DNA of 64,000 nucleotides from Heteronotia binoei (Eukaryota): NCBI RefSeq assembly GCF_032191835.1, contig NC_083237.1, positions 17,422,001 to 17,486,000 of the forward strand, read 5' to 3'. Shown piece by piece: positions 58,980 to 64,000 of this stretch (position 1 is its first letter; each line of letters starts with the position of its first letter). The notes under the pieces were generated by a model. It saw only the letters and a program-made list of their open reading frames with translations, ran no database searches and was not told where the DNA came from. The position numbers and the translations under genes were made by a program.

Positions 58980-59760
58980 GAGTTGGCCTTTAAACCAGAC
59001 GCCACCCTGCTGCTTCCATAAAGAGAAGGCTCCGACGGCTGCGGGCGACGTTCCTAAAAGCATTGCAACAAGCCACATTCCGGAGCCTGGGATCAGTTGG
59101 CAACCAAGCCCCGGGCCGCGTATATCCACACAACCCACTTCGACTGCTGCCTTGTTCTCCTACCCTTGGGGAGGAGGAGCCGAGCGGGTCAGCCCAGCCC
59201 CGGAGAGCTTCTCTCTCTCTCTCTCCGGAAGCCAGCCAGGCCAGGCCCGCTTGCGCACACCTAAGGCCGCTGTTGACGCCGCCGCTGCCGCGCCCGGATC
59301 CGAACTCGACGCCTCTTGCAAAAGCCCAGGAGGGTCCGCTGCAAGGTGGGGCGCGGTGCAATGGGCGGGGTGGGGCGGCTTGCGCCCCCGGGCGCCCCCT
59401 CCCCCCCTCTGGCCTTTGGGAGCCGCTTGCAACGGGCGAGCTAGCTAGCTTTTCCGGTTTGGGGAGGTGAAGGGACGAGATCCGTGTTTGAAGGGATAGG
59501 TTCCGGGGCTGAGTTCCCTGCCTGATGCAGGCAGCCGCCTCCCCCCCCCCCCCCCCGAATTCTAGATGCAAAAGGGAGAAGATGGGAGGCGCTCTGTGTC
59601 TGCTCAGAGGCGCTCTCGTCGCAGCCTGGTGCGGTGGAAGTAGGCGGGCGGGCTGACCCTGACCAATGAGCGCCGGCCTTCGAAGGAAGCCTCTGGGGCT
59701 GAGTGAGAACTTGAATGCAGAGAGCCACAAAAAATTCTCACCCTAGAATATCTCCCCACC
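58980..59760. promoter_or_regulatory. CpG-island-like promoter region
   Basis: Dense CpG/GC tract, GC boxes (GGGCGG, GGCGGG), CCAAT at 59663-59667; direction and target gene not determined. Confidence 0.6.
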
Positions 59761-60259
59761 CCCCACCCCCCTCCGGTTTCTTCCCCAACTCCGGATTGAG
59801 TTCCTCCGCTTTTCACAGCCAGGCTAACGTCCTCTTTTGTTCCAGCCGGCTGTGGGGTTCCTGTGCACAGAGGGAGGAAGAGAATGCAGGGTTTGGGCTT
59901 TCTGTCAACTGGGAGAAAGCGTTTCCCCTGCAGCTTCTGCCACTTGTCCCAAATGCAGCAATAGGAGACTCATTCACACTACGCTAACGAATGCATTCTG
60001 CAAATGGCTTTTTGCTATTCTCACGCACCTAAAAATCCAGCTGCAAAACGCATTATTTAGTGTCATGTGAACGCACCCACAGAGTAGCTCCAATCCAGTG
60101 GTCTCCACTTTTCCCCATCCTTGAATATAACCCAAGTTTCCCAACCTCCAAAAGGCAGCTTGCTTGGCAAATCTTCCCTCCCTCCTGCTCATAGAATTTA
60201 AGCTCGCTTTTCAGAGCTGGGGATTTATGCATTTCTCTGCATCAGTGATGCCCTGTCTG

Positions 60260-60370
60260 GGATAGCCCCAGGCTAGACTGATCTCTTCAGATCTCTGGAA
60301 TTAAGCAAGGTCTTAGGCTCTGGTTGGTATGTGGATGGGAGACCCTTCGCCTCAAAGGTATACCAGGGTG
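60260..60370 (+). mobile_element. Decayed 5S rRNA-derived SINE head or 5S pseudogene
   Basis: GATCTCTTCAGATCTCTGGAATTAAGCAAGGTC...TGGTTGGTATGTGGATGGGAGACC resembles the 5S internal control region. Confidence 0.65.
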
Positions 60371-60505
60371 ACTAAGGCAGATCTCCTCTCTTGAAATCCG
60401 TAAATCAGCTATGACGATGTCGAAGAAAAGACGAGGGCTCCATAATGAGAAATACTAAGGTCAAATGTCTTTCCCCATCCTGCCCCAATTTTGTATTTAT
60501 TTCAT

Positions 60506-60725
60506 TTAGAATCCTAGAGTTGGAAGGGACCTCCAGGGTCATCTAGTCCAACCCCCTGCACAATGCAGGAAACTCACAAATACCTCCGCCTAAATTCACA
60601 GGATCTTCATTGCTGTCAGTTGGCCAACCAGCCTCCATTTAAAAACCTCCAAGGCAGGAGAGCCCACCATCTCCTTAGGAAGCCTTTTCCACTGAGGAAC
60701 CACTCTACCAGTCAAGCTGTTAGAG
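60506..60725 (-). mobile_element. CR1 3' tail, different subfamily
   Basis: TAGAATCCTAGAGTTGGAAGGGACCTCCAGGGTCATCTAGTCCAACCCC is a reverse-complement CR1 terminus. Confidence 0.75.
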
Positions 60726-60739
60726 TAGGCGTCAACGTG

Positions 60740-61392
60740 GCAGATGAGGTTCAATGTAGCCAAGTGCAAAGTAATGCACATTGGGGCCAAGAATCCCAGC
60801 TACAAATACAAGTTGATGGGTTGTGAACTGGCAGAGACTGACCAAGCGAGAGATCTTGGGGTCGTGGTAGATAACTCACTGAAAACGTCAAGACAGTGTG
60901 CGATTGCAATAAAAAGGCCAACGCCATGCTGGGAGTTATTAGGAAGGGGACTGAAAACAAATCAGCCAGTATCATAAATAAATCGATGGTGCAGTCTCAT
61001 TTGGAATACTGTGTGCAATTCTGGTCACTGCACCTCAAAAAGGATATTATAGCATTGGAAAAAGTGCAGAAAAGGGCAACTAGAATGATTAAAGGTTTGG
61101 AACACTTTCCCTAAAACGCTTAAGGTTAAAACGCTTGGGGCCCTTTAGCTTGAAGAAACGTCGACTGCGGGGTGACATGATAGAGGTTTACAAGATTATG
61201 CATGGGATGGAGAAAGTAGGGAAAGAAGTACTTTTCTCCCTTTCTCACAATACAAGAACTCGCGGGCATTCAATGAAATTGCTGAGCAGTCAGGTTAAAA
61301 CGGATAAAAGGAAGTACTTCTTCACCCAAAGGGTGATTAACATGTGGAATTCACTGCCTGATCCAACATGGCTTCTATTATGTTATGTTCTT
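60740..61392 (+). mobile_element. CR1 3' fragment
   Basis: MRFNVAKCKVMHIG...HLEYCVQFWS...RLRGDMIEVYKIM...; internal deletion before the tail. Confidence 0.9.
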
Positions 61393-62409
61393 AAGCTCTA
61401 ACTTGCTTGTTTATGCTCTGCTACTTTCCCCCGTTTCCTGCAAGCAGGATTCTGGACATCTTAGAACATATACAACAATATATAACGAGCCTAAAGTTTC
61501 TTATAGCAGTCTCTATTCTCACAACAACCCTGTGAGGTAGGTTGGGCAGAGAGACTGGCCCAAGGTCACCCAGTAAACATCAGTGGCAAAAGTGGGATTC
61601 AAACCCACTTTTTCCCATATCCTAAATCGACGCAGTAACTACTGCCCTTTGCTTTCTCCAAGAGGTGTGTGGAAGGATGCACATACATTTCATACTTTGG
61701 GGGGTGAAATCCTGGCTTCCTCTGACTTCTGTCACCAGATTCACAATCTCAGTTGAGGCCTCAACTTCAAGGAAGGGGTTAAACCTGGGCCCGGGGCTGT
61801 ACCACTATGCAATGCAAGGAGGGGTCTGAATGGGCTCTCAATTGCATAGCAGAGCTACTGAGCCAAGCCTCTCTCCCTTCTATTGGCTGAGGCTCCTTCC
61901 CCTCCTAGTCCCCTGGGGAAGGAAGGCAAGAGCCATAGTTTCCTTTGCCCAGTCCCCTGGATCCCATGGGAGAAATGCAAAGAAAGCACCTTTAAGATCA
62001 TGTTTTAAGGTTTTATTTAAAAAAAAAATTAATTGTGTTTGTCTGTGTCCTTTAAAAAGTTTATATCTCTCCTGCCCAATCAAACAGGTACTCAAATGGC
62101 CCAGCCCAACAAGGTCTCACTTGTCAGATCCAGCCCTCATAACAAATGAGTTTGACACCCCTGGATCTATACTGTGAGTTTTTCTGGGTCACTGTGAAGA
62201 ATAACAGGGCAAGACTGGCCCTTCTCTTAAGGGCCTGCTGGGCACAAATGCTTCCCTGAGAGCAGCCTGTTATTTCTTCCACCTGTTGCTCCCTGCCCTT
62301 TTCGGAGCCTTTCTCTGCCACCTCCTCTTTGCTAGCTACCGGCACTATTATTTTTAGCAAGGGTGAATCTGATGCGCAACTCCTTCAGGGTGGACACATT
62401 CCGGCACAT

Positions 62410-62483
62410 TCAGCAGGGAATAACCGAGTGATAGGAGTTGAACGTTTGGATCTGCCTTCGAGGTAGTTTGTACAATGCAATCC
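62410..62483 (-). CDS. Possible terminal coding exon of an unidentified minus-strand gene (..IALYKLPRRQIQTFNSYHSVIPC*)
   Basis: Minus-strand acceptor TTTTCTGTATTGTTGCAG, a 23-aa frame to TGA, and a minus-strand AATAAA at 62012-62017. Not recognised. Confidence 0.25.
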
Positions 62484-62805
62484 CTGCAACAATACAGAAA
62501 ACTCAAATTTCGCAAGAATCACATATTTCATGCATATCTTTAAAAAACAAAATCAGCCTTATACCACGCATGTGGAAAAATAGCTAGCTCCCTCTATTTA
62601 CAAAGCAATACAGTATAATTAAACAGTCTTCACCAAATCGCCTTCCATTTCCAATAGGTTTAAAGATACAATGCAAGAATGAGATTGAAAAAACATCCAG
62701 TGCACAACAGAGCTGCTGTCCACAAATCATAATTATTTTCTAATGAAGTCCAGCGATAAAAGAACTGGTTTCGGATGTACTGTCCTCCTTCAAGGAACTA
62801 TCTGG

Positions 62806-62951
62806 TCATGTTCTTAGGTTCAGTAGACTTGAAGTGCCAAAATCTCCCGGCACAGAAATCGGTAGAGGCGTTCCATAAACAAATACAAGCAAACAGAAAA
62901 TCCCGGAATGCGGGGAGATTTTGGCACTTCAAGTCTACTGACATGAACATG
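62806..62951. mobile_element. Hairpin MITE with a perfect 29-bp inverted repeat
   Basis: TCAGTAGACTTGAAGTGCCAAAATCTCCC (62820-62848) and its exact reverse complement (62913-62941). Confidence 0.75.
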
Positions 62952-63221
62952 AAGAATTGCAGATTTATATCCCGCCCTTCTCCCTGAATCAGAGACTCAG
63001 AACGGCTCACAATCTCCTCTATCTTCTCCACCCACAACAGACACCCTGTGTGGTGGGTGGGGCTGAGAGGGCTCTCACAGCAGCTGCCCTTTCAAGGACA
63101 ACCTCTGCCAGAGCTATGGCTGACCCAAGGCCATGCTAGCAGGTGCAAGTGGAGGAGTGGGGAATCAAACCCGGTTCTCCCAGATAAGAGTCCGCACACT
63201 TAACCACTACACCAAACTGGC
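62952..63221 (-). mobile_element. Full-length Squam3-like SINE
   Basis: The minus strand reads GCCAGTTTGGTGTAGTGGTTAAG...GGTTTGATTCCCC...GAAGGGCGGGATATAAAT. Confidence 0.85.
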
Positions 63222-63756
63222 TCTCAAGATGGTCCCTTGAAGGATAGTATATCCGAAACAAAATTGGATCGGTTCTTTTATCGTTGGACTTTATTGGAAA
63301 ATTATTATGATTTGTGGACAGCTATGTTGTGCACTGGATGGTTTTTCAACGGCGTTATTGGACTGTATCCTTAAACCTACTGGAAATTAAAGGTGATTTG
63401 GTGAAGACTGCTTAATTATGCTGTATTACTTTGTAAATGGAGAGATTTTTTTCCAGTTACCGCACCTCCGTGGTCTCGATATTTCCTGATGTCATTATAC
63501 CATGTATGTTGCAGAGATAATCCTCAGTGCGTGCGGACCACACATCTTGAAATATGTTGCCAAAAAGGCTTGGTGGGACCAGAGGTCCATGGGTCATGGT
63601 AGGACTTCAGCTTGTTTTTTTTTAAAAAAAAAACAACTGTACTCATTATTCAGGGATAGACTGCCTCTAAACCGGAGGCTCCATTGGGCTATCACGACTA
63701 ACTGTTGATCGGAACCTTTTACTGTGTCCCCTCCCCACCCTTGACTTCAGAACTCC

Positions 63757-64000
63757 ATGGCTACCGTCGCCTCCCGGACGCACTCTCCAGGCACGGACAT
63801 CTTTGCTACTCGCCACGGCGCCTTTGTCGTCCGCTCTGACCTGGGCTGCTTCCTCCAAACTCTTGACTTCCGCTCAGGTCAAGATATCAAGGTGTGGGAG
63901 CTTCACCCAGCCTGTCGCGGCGGCGACCACTATGTGGGAGATCCCTCCGGTTCGGCCGTATACCTCCTCCGGGGGGATGCCTTCTTCAAAGTTGTGGACC
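63757..64000 (+). CDS. Paralogue of the 56131-57102 protein, N-terminal 81 aa, runs off the window
   Basis: Acceptor CCCTTGACTTCAG, Kozak TCCATGG; MATVASRTHSPGTDIFATRHGAFVVRSDLGCFLQTLDFRSGQDIKVWELHPACRGGDHYVGDPSGSAVYLLRGDAFFKVVD. Missing from the ORF track because there is no stop before the edge. Confidence 0.8.
   Translation, partial: MATVASRTHSPGTDIFATRHGAFVVRSDLGCFLQTLDFRSGQDIKVWELHPACRGGDHYVGDPSGSAVYLLRGDAFFKVVD

Larger units (their letters stand above)
62565..63470. repeat. Diverged inverted repeat with about 240-bp arms (62565-62805 and 63226-63470)
   Basis: For example GTTCTTTTATCGTTGGACTTTATTGGAAAA (plus, 63272) versus GTTCTTTTATCGCTGGACTTCATTAGAAAA (minus, from 62765); the spacer is a MITE plus a SINE. 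Confidence 0.8.

Noticed and set aside
58990-59730. Several 90-246-aa ORFs in the GC-rich island
   Set aside because: Expected from stop-codon scarcity at high GC; the sequences are low-complexity with no domain.
60260-60370. Functional 5S rRNA gene
   Set aside because: Many substitutions and indels and no intact 5S ends; treated as a SINE head or pseudogene.

Overview
Eukaryotic genomic DNA from a squamate reptile, probably a gecko (inferred from Sauria-type and MIR/Ther1-derived SINEs, CR1, L2 and Penelope repeats). There are no prokaryotic genes or CRISPR arrays, and most ORFs in the track are spurious. Bases 1-54,343 are a nested segmental-duplication mosaic of three modules in the order Y(A)-N1 | X1-N2 | X2-Y(B)-N3, followed by unique sequence. 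Each N module carries an intronless arylamine N-acetyltransferase coding exon: N1 is frameshifted, N2 is intact, and N3 is open but missense-rich. X carries a promoter-like segment. Y (about 15 kb, 21 kb in copy B) carries a decayed multi-exon acidic-protein gene, begins and ends inside the same 27-bp minisatellite, and sits between the two halves of a MITE that is intact at X1-N2. This reciprocal-junction geometry fits integration of a circular DNA intermediate. Y(B) holds a full Tf1/sushi-type chromodomain Gypsy element with a self-priming PBS where Y(A) has only a solo LTR, plus a young L2 insertion. The unique right end holds an intact 323-aa single-exon ORF and the start of a paralogue. 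Both have LHPxxxGGxHY repeats, and the complete ORF has a beta-rich tail, making them candidate lectin-like/aerolysin-type pore-forming proteins (inference). Coordinates were counted by hand; ends of decayed repeats are approximate.
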